A stretch of 40,425 nt of DNA from an uncultured Candidatus Saccharibacteria bacterium (GCA_964644035.1 CAZXUH010000001.1:527720-568144), one strand, 5' to 3'. Positions 1-9,997 are shown, counted from the first letter of the stretch. Program-made: numbers and translations. The notes: a model not told the origin generated them from the sequence alone.

Positions 1-391
1 TGGTCTTGATCTCATTGAAATCTCCCCTACCGCCAATCCACCAGTCGCCAAGATCATGGATTTTGGAAAGTACCAATATCTTGAAAATAAAAAGCTCAAA
101 CAAGCCAAGGCCAAGGCTCACTCTACTGAGACCAAATCCCTCCAAGTCAAAATAGGTACCAGCGAACACGACCTCGATATGAAAGCCAGAAAGGCTTCAG
201 AATGGCTCAAGGAAGGCAATAGAATCAAGATTGATCTCTTTCTTACAGGCCGCTCAAAGTATATGGAAATGAAATTCCTAACAGAGCGTCTCGAACGCGT
301 CCTCAAGCTTATTACTGAAACCTATAAGATAGCCGATCCTATCAAAAAAGGACCTAAGGGCCTGACGGTTGTCATAGAAAAGAGCAAATAG
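1..391 (+). CDS. infC: Translation initiation factor IF-3, C-terminal part (5' end lies outside the window)
   Basis: Frame 2 is open from the window edge (GLDLIEISPTANPPVAKIMDFGKYQY...) to the stop at 391. Sequence looks like the IF-3 linker plus C-domain. It is followed by rpmI-rplT, the canonical operon order. Confidence 0.9.
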   Translation, partial: GLDLIEISPTANPPVAKIMDFGKYQYLENKKLKQAKAKAHSTETKSLQVKIGTSEHDLDMKARKASEWLKEGNRIKIDLFLTGRSKYMEMKFLTERLERVLKLITETYKIADPIKKGPKGLTVVIEKSK

Positions 392-451
392 CCTCAATCT
401 AGCCCATATATTGGACAAATTGGCTTTTATAAGTTAGTATTCTGTACTACG

Positions 452-643
452 ATGAAAACGAATAAATCATTCACCAAACGCCTCAAAGTCACCCGAAACG
501 GCAAGATTATAGGCAGAAAACCAGGACAAAACCACTTCAATGCCAAAGAAAGTGGCCGAAGTCAGATCGGAAAGAGCCGTTCTATTCCTTTTGTTATGAA
601 GAACAAAGCAAAAAGTCGTTTTCTCAATAACAGCAGCATCTAA
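452..643 (+). CDS. rpmI: 50S ribosomal protein L35
   Basis: 63-aa basic ORF MKTNKSFTKRLKVTRNGKI... typical of bL35. It sits between infC and rplT. Confidence 0.9.
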   Translation: MKTNKSFTKRLKVTRNGKIIGRKPGQNHFNAKESGRSQIGKSRSIPFVMKNKAKSRFLNNSSI

Positions 644-667
644 ACTAGAGGATTTTAAACTACACAT

Positions 668-1018
668 ATGACACGTATAAAAAAAGGAGTAAATGCGCTT
701 AAGACCCGAAGAAATATTCTCAAACAGGTCAAAGGCTATCGTTTCGGACGAGGCAGCAAAGAAAAACAGGCTTATGAAGCTATTTCTCATGCTGGAGCAT
801 ATGCATTTGCACACCGCCGCGACAAGAAGAGCGACATGCGCCGACTCTTCAATGTCCGCATCAATGCTGGACTTGATATTGCAGGTGAAAAACTCTCATA
901 CAGCAAATTCATCGGTGCTCTCAAGAAGGCAAAGATAGAGCTCGATCGAAAAATACTCTCTCAGCTCGCTGCTGAATCTCCAGAGGTCTTCAAGAAAATC
1001 GTCGAAAAGATCTCATAA
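668..1018 (+). CDS. rplT: 50S ribosomal protein L20
   Basis: 116-aa ORF MTRIKKGVNALKTRRNILKQVKGYRFGR...AYAFAHRRDKK, a bL20 signature. Confidence 0.95.
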   Translation: MTRIKKGVNALKTRRNILKQVKGYRFGRGSKEKQAYEAISHAGAYAFAHRRDKKSDMRRLFNVRINAGLDIAGEKLSYSKFIGALKKAKIELDRKILSQLAAESPEVFKKIVEKIS

Positions 1019-1021
1019 GAT

Positions 1022-1046
1022 AAAACCCCTCGAGCGAGGGGTTTTT
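1022..1046. terminator. Bidirectional rho-independent terminator between convergent rplT and the MBL nuclease gene
   Basis: aaaa-CCCCTCG-ag-CGAGGGG-ttttt: a GC-rich hairpin with an A-run on one side and a T-run on the other. Confidence 0.7.
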
Positions 1047-1052
1047 CTTTAT

Positions 1053-2426
1053 CTAAAAATCTAGATCATAGCTACTACCAAGTTCTGGATATACTGCCTT
1101 AACATTTAAATAATCCCTTAGACGCTGTGATAGAAACATTGCCGACTTTGGCTCCCCCATTGCCACAAACACCATATCAAGGGTCTTCGAAGATTTATCT
1201 ACAAAATCTATAAGATTGTCTGAATCTTTGTGGGAAGAATATCCATCGATCGATTCTATACTTGCTCGTATCTGTATTTTTTCATCACGAATTGTTACTT
1301 CTCGAGCTCCATCTTGTATCTGCCTGCCCAATGTACCAAGAGACTGGTAGCCGACAAACATCACGATCGCCTCGGGATCAGGAAGATACTGTATTTCATG
1401 ATAAATGATCCTGCCACCAGCCGACATACCCGATCCAGCCATAATAATCTTGGGATTTGGTACGCCAAATATCTTTCCGGATTCTTCGCGACGAGCAGTC
1501 AGTTTGAGTTTGTGAAAATCAAAGATATCATCACCTCCTCTAATACGGTCCTGGATCTCAGGTTTAAATTCATTGGTATGGTTTCTATAAATATCTGTTA
1601 CTTTTATACCTAGTGGCGAATCGATAAACACTGGCAAGGGTTGTATTTCTTTACTCTCTACTAGATCGTTGATTTCAAATAAAATATCCTGCGTGCGCTC
1701 GAGAGAAAAGACAGGAATGACCAGTGTTTTCTTCTCAGCAATCGTTCTTTTTATAATTTGTTCCAGGTGGGCGCGACGAGCTTCTTTTGACTCATGATTG
1801 CGATCTCCATACACCGATTCCATAATCATATAGTTCGCATCAGAAACTTCTTCTGTATCTCTCAAAAAGAGCGAGGGTGAATTGCCAAGATCACCTGTAA
1901 ATACAAGCTTGCGACCATTGCGGGTCAATTCGATCATAGCTGACCCAAGAATATGCCCTGCATCCTTGAAATAGACTGACACATCGGCGCCTATGGTTTG
2001 TGACTCATGATATGGAATAGTCTTCCAAAGAGAAATGGCTTTTTGTATATCCTTTCTTTCATACATAGGCAGTGTACCCTTTTGCATGGCATCGTGTTCG
2101 ACAAGTTGCACCTGATCATCAAGCATTACTCGCGCAAGATCGAGTGTAGCTGGTGTGGAATAAATAACACCTTCAAAACCCTCTTTCACGAGCTTCCCTA
2201 TTCGACCTATATGATCGGCGTGAGCGTGAGTAATAAACAAAATATCGATCGATGCAGGATCATATGCAAATGGTGCTGTATTGAAACGATCTGCACCCTG
2301 CACGCCCTGCAAAAGCCCACAATCGACAAGAATACGCAGATTTGTCGGCGCGGACTCTATCTCGCATAGAAAATTGGCCCCCGTGACCGCGCCGACACCT
2401 CCGCTAAAGGTCAGTTTTGATTTCAT
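1053..2426 (-). CDS. MBL-fold metallo-hydrolase, beta-CASP type (RNase J/CPSF-like RNA nuclease)
   Basis: HAHADH (HxHxDH) motif, a later DAGH motif and a C-terminal beta-CASP-like region. Start placed at MKSKLTFSGG (2426) because it forms an ATGA start/stop overlap with the upstream ORF. The longest ORF starts at 2450. Confidence 0.75.
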   Translation of the reverse strand: MKSKLTFSGGVGAVTGANFLCEIESAPTNLRILVDCGLLQGVQGADRFNTAPFAYDPASIDILFITHAHADHIGRIGKLVKEGFEGVIYSTPATLDLARVMLDDQVQLVEHDAMQKGTLPMYERKDIQKAISLWKTIPYHESQTIGADVSVYFKDAGHILGSAMIELTRNGRKLVFTGDLGNSPSLFLRDTEEVSDANYMIMESVYGDRNHESKEARRAHLEQIIKRTIAEKKTLVIPVFSLERTQDILFEINDLVESKEIQPLPVFIDSPLGIKVTDIYRNHTNEFKPEIQDRIRGGDDIFDFHKLKLTARREESGKIFGVPNPKIIMAGSGMSAGGRIIYHEIQYLPDPEAIVMFVGYQSLGTLGRQIQDGAREVTIRDEKIQIRASIESIDGYSSHKDSDNLIDFVDKSSKTLDMVFVAMGEPKSAMFLSQRLRDYLNVKAVYPELGSSYDLDF

Positions 2427-2869
2427 ACCTGTTTTCTCATAATAACCCAATACCCCGCCATGGCCCCTGTCATATCTTCAGCCACGTCGGCAATAGTATC
2501 GAGCCAATAGCCTTCTGAAGTGAGACCGGCAGTACCTGTAATCACTTCAAAATATTCCCAGCCAATACCAATTACGAGGGCTAAAGCTATAATACATAAA
2601 AATGGATTCTGAATCTTATCGAGAAAAGGAACATAGTGCCTAAATACAAAATAAAAATAGGCTATGACCATGCCTGCAAGAAAATGTAGAACATTGTCGA
2701 ACCACCACGTATATGAATACAGATACAGTTTCAGAGCGAGTGCAAATAGTACGCCGAGTAAGCACATAGTCAGAATCAGAAGTTTTGCGGATCGTTCGGC
2801 GAGCGGCATGGGTCTATTATAACAATAAAACATCCACTTCGTGAGAAGCGGATGTTTAGGATTACTCAA
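2423..2869 (-). CDS. Hypothetical polytopic membrane protein (about 4 TM helices)
   Basis: 148-aa ORF with several hydrophobic helices. It is translationally coupled (ATGA) to the downstream nuclease gene. Start uncertain (M1, M13 or M21). Confidence 0.5.
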   Translation of the reverse strand: MSNPKHPLLTKWMFYCYNRPMPLAERSAKLLILTMCLLGVLFALALKLYLYSYTWWFDNVLHFLAGMVIAYFYFVFRHYVPFLDKIQNPFLCIIALALVIGIGWEYFEVITGTAGLTSEGYWLDTIADVAEDMTGAMAGYWVIMRKQV

Positions 2870-3088
2870 TGTGTTACCCTAGAATGTGCCTAGGTGGGTC
2901 GCCGCAACGATAGTGCTTAGAAATGCTGCTTGCGCTGCTTCTCACTACTCTATCGGAATTTGAAGCCTCCCAAAATATTGGTTAGCCAGGATAACACAAT
3001 AAGTAACCCTTTTTCATTATAGTTCCTCATGCTCAAACCGATACTTTTTATGACTAGAAAAATGTGTTGTAGTAATAATCCTCAGAGA

Positions 3089-3694
3089 CTACTCAAGTAG
3101 GCCATCTAAATTGACATCATAGAGTATTTCTTCCTGCACCAGACGGTAATCCACGATTTCATGTTCCTTGAACCAGTGATGTATTTCATCTTGCGCCTCA
3201 TCTACCGAACCAGAAGCATGGACAAGATTCCTGACAGACCGGCCATCGCTATCGGTCATTTGATATGAATCGAGCACGAAGTCACCTCTTATAGTACCGA
3301 CATCTGAAGTGAGCGGTTCGGTTCCACCGGTAAGTTTTCTGACCACCGCAACAGCATGAGCACCTTCCCACACCATAGCTATGATCGGTCCTGCAGTCAT
3401 ATATTTTTTCAATCTACCAAGAAGAATTTCTGTAATCTTGAGCGGATCAGATTCTGGAGGTTCTATTCCCTTGTCTTTATATCCTTTAATTGTTTTTTCA
3501 CCAGTCTTTTGTCTCCACTCTGGATCAAGGGTGTAATGTTGCTCTATCATTTCACCACTCGATACAAACATCTTCATGGCGACAAGTTTGAGACCGACAC
3601 GCTCATAGCGCTTTATTACTTCGCCAATGAGACTACGTTGTATTGCATCTGGTTTGATAATGACTAGTGTTCGTTCGTCTTTGGGATGGTTCAT
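3089..3694 (-). CDS. ndk: Nucleoside diphosphate kinase, long form
   Basis: ERTLVIIKPDAIQR...VGLKLVAMKM and the NLVHASGS active-site His region. Its 201 aa exceed the usual length of about 140-150 aa because of an internal insert and a C-terminal tail. Confidence 0.85.
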   Translation of the reverse strand: MNHPKDERTLVIIKPDAIQRSLIGEVIKRYERVGLKLVAMKMFVSSGEMIEQHYTLDPEWRQKTGEKTIKGYKDKGIEPPESDPLKITEILLGRLKKYMTAGPIIAMVWEGAHAVAVVRKLTGGTEPLTSDVGTIRGDFVLDSYQMTDSDGRSVRNLVHASGSVDEAQDEIHHWFKEHEIVDYRLVQEEILYDVNLDGLLE

Positions 3695-3698
3695 GTAG

Positions 3699-6485
3699 TT
3701 AAGTATTTAATGTTTGTTCTGGCTTTCTATATTTTTTATGAATTTCGGCCTCTATTCCCTCTCGTGGTGAACCGTACGTCAGATATGAAAGTTCTTTGAG
3801 CTTTTCCAAGAACGCTGGATCAGATTTGGTAGGAGGAAGTGTTTGAATATTAAAAGGTTTTGCTGGCTGACCATTGATCAGAAGTTTTAGATACGCATTG
3901 CGATTGTCTATATTCATAAGATCACTAGCTGTAAACACTGGTTCAAATTGTTTTTCTAGAAATTCAGCATCGGTTGCTCCGACTCTGAAAGCAGCAAATG
4001 AACCAACGTTACCAAAGACTGCATCTCGGGTCTTTTCATCAAGTTGGGCAATAAACTGATGCGCAAGGTTGAGAGATAATCGATATTTTCGAGCTTCAGA
4101 CAGGATTGTGGCAATAGACGGGGTCGTTACATTTTGGAATTCATCTATATAGAGATAGAAATCAGCGATAGGCTTACCTACAACATCTACTCTCGACAAT
4201 GCGGCCATCAGTATTTTGCCCACCAAAATAAGACCAATCAGATAAGAATTGATATCACCTAGACGACCCTTGGCCAAATTGACCAAAAGTATTTTCTTAT
4301 TATCCATGACGTCACGGAAATTGAACGAAGACTTCTCCTGCCCAATGATAGGACGCATGATATCGTTGGAAAGAAAGACGTCGAATTTTGAAGTAATGTA
4401 CGGCACCATATTTGCAAGCGACGCTTCTCCCCCAGCTTTCTCAGCTACTTCTTTCCAAAACTGCACCACAATAGGGTTGCGACATCTCGAAAGTTTGAGT
4501 TCCCTAAACTTTTTATCAGCAAGCACCCTCGATACCTCAAGCAGTGTGTTTCCTGTATCAGGATCTTCAATGACGAGCATCGTGGCGTTTCGGAAATACT
4601 GTTCGAACATTGGACCACCTGCTACTTTCATATCAAACAGTTTTTCAAAAATAGAAAGCATTTCATTGACCACAAATGTTTTCTGTTCTGGATGATCTCT
4701 ATCGTATTCGAGCATATTGAGCGCCATAGGCCGAGGAGTGTAGCTCGGATCAAAATAAATAACGTCATTGATACGTTCCTTGGGCACGGCAGCCAGAATA
4801 TCTTGAATATCAATGCCGTGTGGATCGATAAAGCAGATTCCATCGCCATTTTGCACGTCTTGAATAGCCATATTCTTGATCAAGGTCGACTTACCAGTAC
4901 CTGTCTGACCAATCGTATAGAAATGCCTCATCCTGTCCTCGCGAGTCATTTTTATAGTCGTTTCTACGCCTCTATAACTATTTATTCCTAGCGTGACACC
5001 GTCGTTTGCTAGTGCAAGAGGTGCAGGAGCACTACCAGTCTTCGTGGTGCGCAATTGTGGTGCCTGAGCACGAGCGGCAAAATGAGCTGTGGTTGCAAGT
5101 TCTCTAAGTGAAAGCGGAATACGATCACCAAAAGAAAAATTCCTGAATATAAAATCTTTCTCTAAAGCTTTGAGCTTATTTTTCTCTACCCTGTTGAATT
5201 TGAAGGTATTGCCAGAAGTATTTTCAAATTGATTGAAGGCAGATTCTATATCACTCAAAATATGCTCTGCTCTTGGGCGACTTTCTGCTGAAGCTACGAT
5301 CCTAATATTGGTCAGAACGATCTGCGATGCAATTTTGAGCTTGATCTGGTCAACTTTCTCTTGATCACCTCTTCCCAAATCCTTCTTATCATCATCTTTT
5401 TTCTTTTCATCGCTATGAAAGATCATTTCCTTGAGATCTTTGGTAAAGCTTCCAAAAAGCGTGTCTTTGATATCTATAGCATGCTTAAAAGGCACTCCTT
5501 TTTCTATTTGTTTGAGTGCATCGGTATAATGCTTATTGTATTTGTCGCCTGCCGGCTGAATGACAAACTGAAGCGCTGCCCCTTCTCCATCCTTTTGAAT
5601 CTTTGAAAAGGTATTGAGAATAATACTAGCTGGATCGTGATCGAATTGCTCGTACGTTTTTATTGGAAAGATAGGATTCCTTGCTGAAGAAGCATATGAG
5701 GCTACTGAAACACCATCGGGATTGAAGATATTGTAATCATTTGGAGTTTCATTTATTTTTGCTTCTGGATAAATAGCTAGAAGCTGCTTTTCAAGCAAGT
5801 GGGCCTTGTACGATGGCACGGAAATATAAAATACCGTCTCCAAGCTGCTATGCGTATTGGCCAATTCGAACGAGAAGTAGTTATCTTTGTCCCTCTTATC
5901 TGCTACCGAAAGCATACCCGCAAAAAACTGTTCCATACCTGCCAAGAGCTCCTTGAGAGGCTTTTCTCTGACCTCACCAGCTGTGGTGGTCTTTGCCGAC
6001 GGCGTAGACGACGGTAAAAGCACTTCAAAAAGCGTCCTGTCGAGGGCACGTTCGTATGACTTTTCTATTTTTGCTCCAGTATTGGTAACTCCATGAAAAT
6101 ATTTGACGAGAAATCTATGGAAATCATCTTCAACATGAGGATTGTTGAGCTTTTCTACTACTTCAAGAGCATTGCGTAGACCTCTCTCTTCAAAAACAGC
6201 TACCACTTCATTTAGCATTCGCTCAGGTGCATGAGAATCAATGCCAAATGCAGTGTTTTCTACTTCGTTGTGAAGCATTCTATGACCCTTTTCTAGTGTC
6301 TGATCTATGGGTTGATTGGAATACCTCTGAACTTCTTGCTTAATGAGTTGAGCTGGTATTACCTCTTCCTTCTTCTTGATCAATTCCTGCTCCTTTTTGG
6401 TTATCTGTTCCTTAAGAAAGGCAATTTCTTGCTCTGGAGTTTGAAAATAGTTTCCTTGAAGCTTACCTTCGTTCATGGAAATCAT
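3699..6485 (-). CDS. VirD4/TraD/TrwB-like (type IV coupling protein family) P-loop ATPase with a large N-terminal region of unknown function
   Basis: 928 aa. The C-terminal part has Walker A GQTGTGKST, Walker B-like FYLYIDEFQN and SLNLAHQF, as in T4CP/TraD-type ATPases. The N-terminal half has no family I can name and no obvious TM helix. Confidence 0.65.
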   Translation of the reverse strand: MISMNEGKLQGNYFQTPEQEIAFLKEQITKKEQELIKKKEEVIPAQLIKQEVQRYSNQPIDQTLEKGHRMLHNEVENTAFGIDSHAPERMLNEVVAVFEERGLRNALEVVEKLNNPHVEDDFHRFLVKYFHGVTNTGAKIEKSYERALDRTLFEVLLPSSTPSAKTTTAGEVREKPLKELLAGMEQFFAGMLSVADKRDKDNYFSFELANTHSSLETVFYISVPSYKAHLLEKQLLAIYPEAKINETPNDYNIFNPDGVSVASYASSARNPIFPIKTYEQFDHDPASIILNTFSKIQKDGEGAALQFVIQPAGDKYNKHYTDALKQIEKGVPFKHAIDIKDTLFGSFTKDLKEMIFHSDEKKKDDDKKDLGRGDQEKVDQIKLKIASQIVLTNIRIVASAESRPRAEHILSDIESAFNQFENTSGNTFKFNRVEKNKLKALEKDFIFRNFSFGDRIPLSLRELATTAHFAARAQAPQLRTTKTGSAPAPLALANDGVTLGINSYRGVETTIKMTREDRMRHFYTIGQTGTGKSTLIKNMAIQDVQNGDGICFIDPHGIDIQDILAAVPKERINDVIYFDPSYTPRPMALNMLEYDRDHPEQKTFVVNEMLSIFEKLFDMKVAGGPMFEQYFRNATMLVIEDPDTGNTLLEVSRVLADKKFRELKLSRCRNPIVVQFWKEVAEKAGGEASLANMVPYITSKFDVFLSNDIMRPIIGQEKSSFNFRDVMDNKKILLVNLAKGRLGDINSYLIGLILVGKILMAALSRVDVVGKPIADFYLYIDEFQNVTTPSIATILSEARKYRLSLNLAHQFIAQLDEKTRDAVFGNVGSFAAFRVGATDAEFLEKQFEPVFTASDLMNIDNRNAYLKLLINGQPAKPFNIQTLPPTKSDPAFLEKLKELSYLTYGSPREGIEAEIHKKYRKPEQTLNT

Positions 6486-6491
6486 TATACC

Positions 6492-6764
6492 CTATCTTTG
6501 TACAGGATATTTGAGCTCTTTTTCCCTGCCAAGCATAAGTTCGAGCAATAAATCAGTGGTTTTTGATATATGTTTCAAGGATGATTCGAGTAAAATCATA
6601 TTTGTTTCTATACCGTCGAGTCTCGGCTCTATTTTTTCACGCACCAAACTATCTAAATCATCCAATTTCTGAAGTTTTCGACCCATAAAGACACAAGCTC
6701 CAACAAAAACCGGAAAACTTACATACAATAGAGTAATTTTTAATATCTCTACAATTTCAGACAT
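6492..6764 (-). CDS. Small hypothetical protein with one TM helix and a coiled-coil tail
   Basis: 90-aa ORF with hydrophobic segment LLYVSFPVFVGACVFM. It ends 6 nt before the ATPase start, so the two are probably co-transcribed. Confidence 0.4.
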   Translation of the reverse strand: MSEIVEILKITLLYVSFPVFVGACVFMGRKLQKLDDLDSLVREKIEPRLDGIETNMILLESSLKHISKTTDLLLELMLGREKELKYPVQR

Positions 6765-6836
6765 GCTAAAAGTATATAAAATCGGGTATGAAATTTCGCT
6801 TAAGTTTTATTAAAGATAAAATAAAATCCTGTCCTA

Positions 6837-7607
6837 CTAAATCTTGGTGAGAATCTCCGCTCCTTTATCTGTAATCACAATAGTATGTTCAAAATGTGCT
6901 GCGAGAGAGCGATCTTTTGTTCTATATGTATAGCCATCTTTGCCAAGCACAATATCAGTACCACCTAGAGTGAGCATGGGCTCGAGGGCTAATACCATAC
7001 CAGGCTTTAGTTTTGGCCCTTGGCCGCGTTTTGCAGTGTTTGGTACAAAAGGATCTTCATGCACTGAATAGCCCACACCATGCCCCGAAAGCATTTCGAT
7101 AATGCCAAAACCAAAAGGTTCAACGTATTTTTTAATAGCTGCTCCTATGTCTCCCACATATCCTCCTGGCTTCACTGCTTGTATACCCACAGTAAGTGCT
7201 TGTTTGGTAACATCGAGCAATTGTCGTGCTTCTTTTGAAATATTACCTACAGGCACGCTCACCGCATGATCTGTAATGAGATTTTTATGGGTCAGGCCAA
7301 GATCGATACTGACAATATCTCCTTCTTCAAGAACTCTATCGTTCTCATTTGGTATGCCATGGACAATTTCTTCATTAATAGAGACACAAAGGCTAGCAGG
7401 ATACGGTCTTTTGGCTCCATGCGGAGTGTAGTTGAGAAAAGCGCCAATATCTCCGCCTTCTGCTATGAGTTGTTCGGCATATTCATTGAGCTCTTTAGTA
7501 CTGACACCAGGAACTACTTTTTCAGAGACAGCTTTAAGAATACGTGCAAGTCTTTGCCCGCCTTCTTTAAGAATTTCTATTTCTTCTGGTTTTTTAATAG
7601 TAATCAT
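6837..7607 (-). CDS. map: Type I methionine aminopeptidase
   Basis: 256 aa with MetAP-I motifs (DIVSIDLG, GHGVG, EPM, HFEHT). Canonical position after adk. Confidence 0.95.
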   Translation of the reverse strand: MITIKKPEEIEILKEGGQRLARILKAVSEKVVPGVSTKELNEYAEQLIAEGGDIGAFLNYTPHGAKRPYPASLCVSINEEIVHGIPNENDRVLEEGDIVSIDLGLTHKNLITDHAVSVPVGNISKEARQLLDVTKQALTVGIQAVKPGGYVGDIGAAIKKYVEPFGFGIIEMLSGHGVGYSVHEDPFVPNTAKRGQGPKLKPGMVLALEPMLTLGGTDIVLGKDGYTYRTKDRSLAAHFEHTIVITDKGAEILTKI

Positions 7608-7621
7608 TACGTGTCCTACAA

Positions 7622-8218
7622 CTAATTTGAATCGATAATAGTACGAATATCAGAGTGAATTTCTGCCACAGAACGCTCAGCATCAATATCGTGAAAAGTA
7701 TATGCTGGATTTTTCTTATAGTATTCGATGGTTGGCATGACGTGAGTATTGAACCAAGCTAGCCTATTGTCGATCTCTTGCCTCGTATCGTCGGCTCGGT
7801 GACGTTCCGTAAGCCTACCCCGAGCCCATTCCTCGCCGACATTGAGATAAATAACATGCGGTCGTGCCAGCTTATAGAAATCAAACACAGAATCAAGCAC
7901 TACTGCTTCGTGATATTTACGTGGCATACCGTCTAAAATAAGATGTTCTTCCTTAGTAAAATCAGTAACGATCCTATTAGCCCAAAAGTATATAGCCAGG
8001 AATTCTGGTACCAAATTGCCTGTTTCATAGAGAGTTTTCGACAGCTGTTGGCTATACGAATCTCCCTTTATAAACTCTCTAAATTCCCCGCCGGTCTGAA
8101 TATAGAGACTTTTACGCTCAGGATCAATGTGACGCAAATGATCTGCAGTCAGTTTTGCCTGAGTGCCTTTTCCGCACCCTGAGCGGCCGATGAAGATAAA
8201 ACTTTGTGGAGATTTCAT
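7622..8218 (-). CDS. adk: Adenylate kinase
   Basis: P-loop FIGRSGCGKGTQ plus LILDGMPR. Positioned between secY and map. Confidence 0.85.
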   Translation of the reverse strand: MKSPQSFIFIGRSGCGKGTQAKLTADHLRHIDPERKSLYIQTGGEFREFIKGDSYSQQLSKTLYETGNLVPEFLAIYFWANRIVTDFTKEEHLILDGMPRKYHEAVVLDSVFDFYKLARPHVIYLNVGEEWARGRLTERHRADDTRQEIDNRLAWFNTHVMPTIEYYKKNPAYTFHDIDAERSVAEIHSDIRTIIDSN

Positions 8219-8245
8219 GATACAGAGTATATCATTCTCCCGTTT

Positions 8246-9532
8246 CTAGTACTCTCTAGCTGTGAGCTGAGCGCCAACTTTCTTGAGAAGATCGAGAACA
8301 ACCGATACAACGATCAATATTGCTGTACCGCCGACTGCAAAGGTCGTGAGACTTGTCATGTGCTGCACAATATTTGGCAAAACTGCAATAATACCGAGAA
8401 AGAGTGCGCCAACGAGTGTCAAACGAATGATGATGTTGCTCAAGTGCTGCATTGTGGACTGACCGGGACGTACACCTGGGATAAATGCTCCGTTTTTCTG
8501 AAGGTTTTCTGAGATCTGATTTGGATCGAAAGTAACTGCTGTATAGAAGTACGTGAAAAGTACAACGAGTACGAAATATGCAATCGTATATACCCAGCTT
8601 GTAGGCGCGAGATGTGTCGTAACAAATGCTACCGCAGCCTGAATCTTGTCGCTCTTAGTAAGGATAAGGATGAGGTTGAGAATAACCTGAGGGAAAAGGA
8701 GCAGAGAGATTGCAAAGATAATAGGAATAACGCCAGCTTGGTTGAGACGAATAGGAAGGTATGTTGAAACACCACCGTAGACCTTGTTGCCTCGAACTCT
8801 CTTGGCATAGGTGACCGGAATGGGTCTCTCTGCTTCTGTTATATACACAACACCCGCAATAACGATAACCGCTACTGCCAAAAGACCAATATATGTTGGG
8901 ATTTGTGTAGGGTCATATGTCGTGAAGACCTGAATGAATTTCAAAGGCAAACCAGAGACGATACCGGCAAAGATAATCATCGATGAACCATTACCAACAC
9001 CAAATTCGCTGATAAGTTCTCCAAGCCAGACCAAGAAGAGCGCACCAGCAGTAATAATCGCTATGTTCAATATATAATCAAATGTCGTAAATGCACCGAG
9101 CACGCTTTGTGACTGCAAAAGCTTAATAAAGCTGAGACCTTGAATAACAGCAAGAGGAATAGTGATCCATCGTGTGTACTGCATAAACTTCCTGCGACCC
9201 ACTTCCCCATCTTCCTGATACATTTCCTTGAGCTTTGGGAAAATGATCGTCAAAAGCTGCATAATGATCGATGCAGTAATATATGGACCAACACCAAGCA
9301 TCACAATCGAAAGATTTGAAAGTCCGCCTCCTGAGAAGATATTGATAAGACCAAAGAATTGACCGAATTGATTGTTACTAAAAAGTGCCTGAAGTTTAAG
9401 TTCATCAACACCAGGAATAGGTATAGAAGCAAGAGCCCTAAATATAACGAGGGCAAAAATAGTGAAACCGATTCTCTTCAATAGATCGTTATCTTTGAAG
9501 AGCAGTGATACCTTCTCAAAAACTGTTTTCAT
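8246..9532 (-). CDS. secY: Preprotein translocase subunit SecY
   Basis: 428-aa polytopic protein with a typical SecY sequence (GLSNLSIVMLGVGPYITASII...). Positioned after rplO. Confidence 0.95.
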   Translation of the reverse strand: MKTVFEKVSLLFKDNDLLKRIGFTIFALVIFRALASIPIPGVDELKLQALFSNNQFGQFFGLINIFSGGGLSNLSIVMLGVGPYITASIIMQLLTIIFPKLKEMYQEDGEVGRRKFMQYTRWITIPLAVIQGLSFIKLLQSQSVLGAFTTFDYILNIAIITAGALFLVWLGELISEFGVGNGSSMIIFAGIVSGLPLKFIQVFTTYDPTQIPTYIGLLAVAVIVIAGVVYITEAERPIPVTYAKRVRGNKVYGGVSTYLPIRLNQAGVIPIIFAISLLLFPQVILNLILILTKSDKIQAAVAFVTTHLAPTSWVYTIAYFVLVVLFTYFYTAVTFDPNQISENLQKNGAFIPGVRPGQSTMQHLSNIIIRLTLVGALFLGIIAVLPNIVQHMTSLTTFAVGGTAILIVVSVVLDLLKKVGAQLTAREY

Positions 9533-9533
9533 A

Positions 9534-9986
9534 TTATTTATTTGCTGTCTCTATTGTACCACCCGCCTTTTCAATTTTTGCTTTTGCTTCCTTTGAGAAT
9601 GCGACGCCAGAAAATGTAAGTTTCTTTGACAATTCGCCATTACCGAGAATTTTTACTGAAATATCTCTTGATTTAAATGACTTAACAAGACCTTTTGCTG
9701 AAAGAGTTGCTGGAGAAATAGCATCGCCGGCATTGAAAACTTCATTGAGTGTGCCAACATTGACGACAAAAGCATTTTCCTGAATCGAAGTAAGAGCACT
9801 CTTACCACGACCTCGTAGCTTTGGAAGTTTCTTGATGATATCTCGCATTTCAGGACGGATCTTGCGACCAGAACGTGCTTTCTGACCTTTCATACCGCGA
9901 CCCGATGTCTTACCGCGCTTACCGCCACGGCCGACTTGCTGGCTTTTTTTATTTTTTGTTCTTGGAATAAGATTGTGTATCTGCAT
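9534..9986 (-). CDS. rplO: 50S ribosomal protein L15
   Basis: GRGGKRGKTSGRGMKGQKARSG motif. It follows rpsE directly with no rpmD in between. Confidence 0.95.
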   Translation of the reverse strand: MQIHNLIPRTKNKKSQQVGRGGKRGKTSGRGMKGQKARSGRKIRPEMRDIIKKLPKLRGRGKSALTSIQENAFVVNVGTLNEVFNAGDAISPATLSAKGLVKSFKSRDISVKILGNGELSKKLTFSGVAFSKEAKAKIEKAGGTIETANK

Positions 9987-9997
9987 GGTAGTTGAGC

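Noticed and set aside
2870-3088. 219-nt gap upstream of ndk holding a 26-codon minus-strand ORF (MRNYNEKGLLIVLSWLTNILGGFKFR)
   Set aside because: It is below any reliable length threshold and has no translation signals, so it cannot be told apart from chance.
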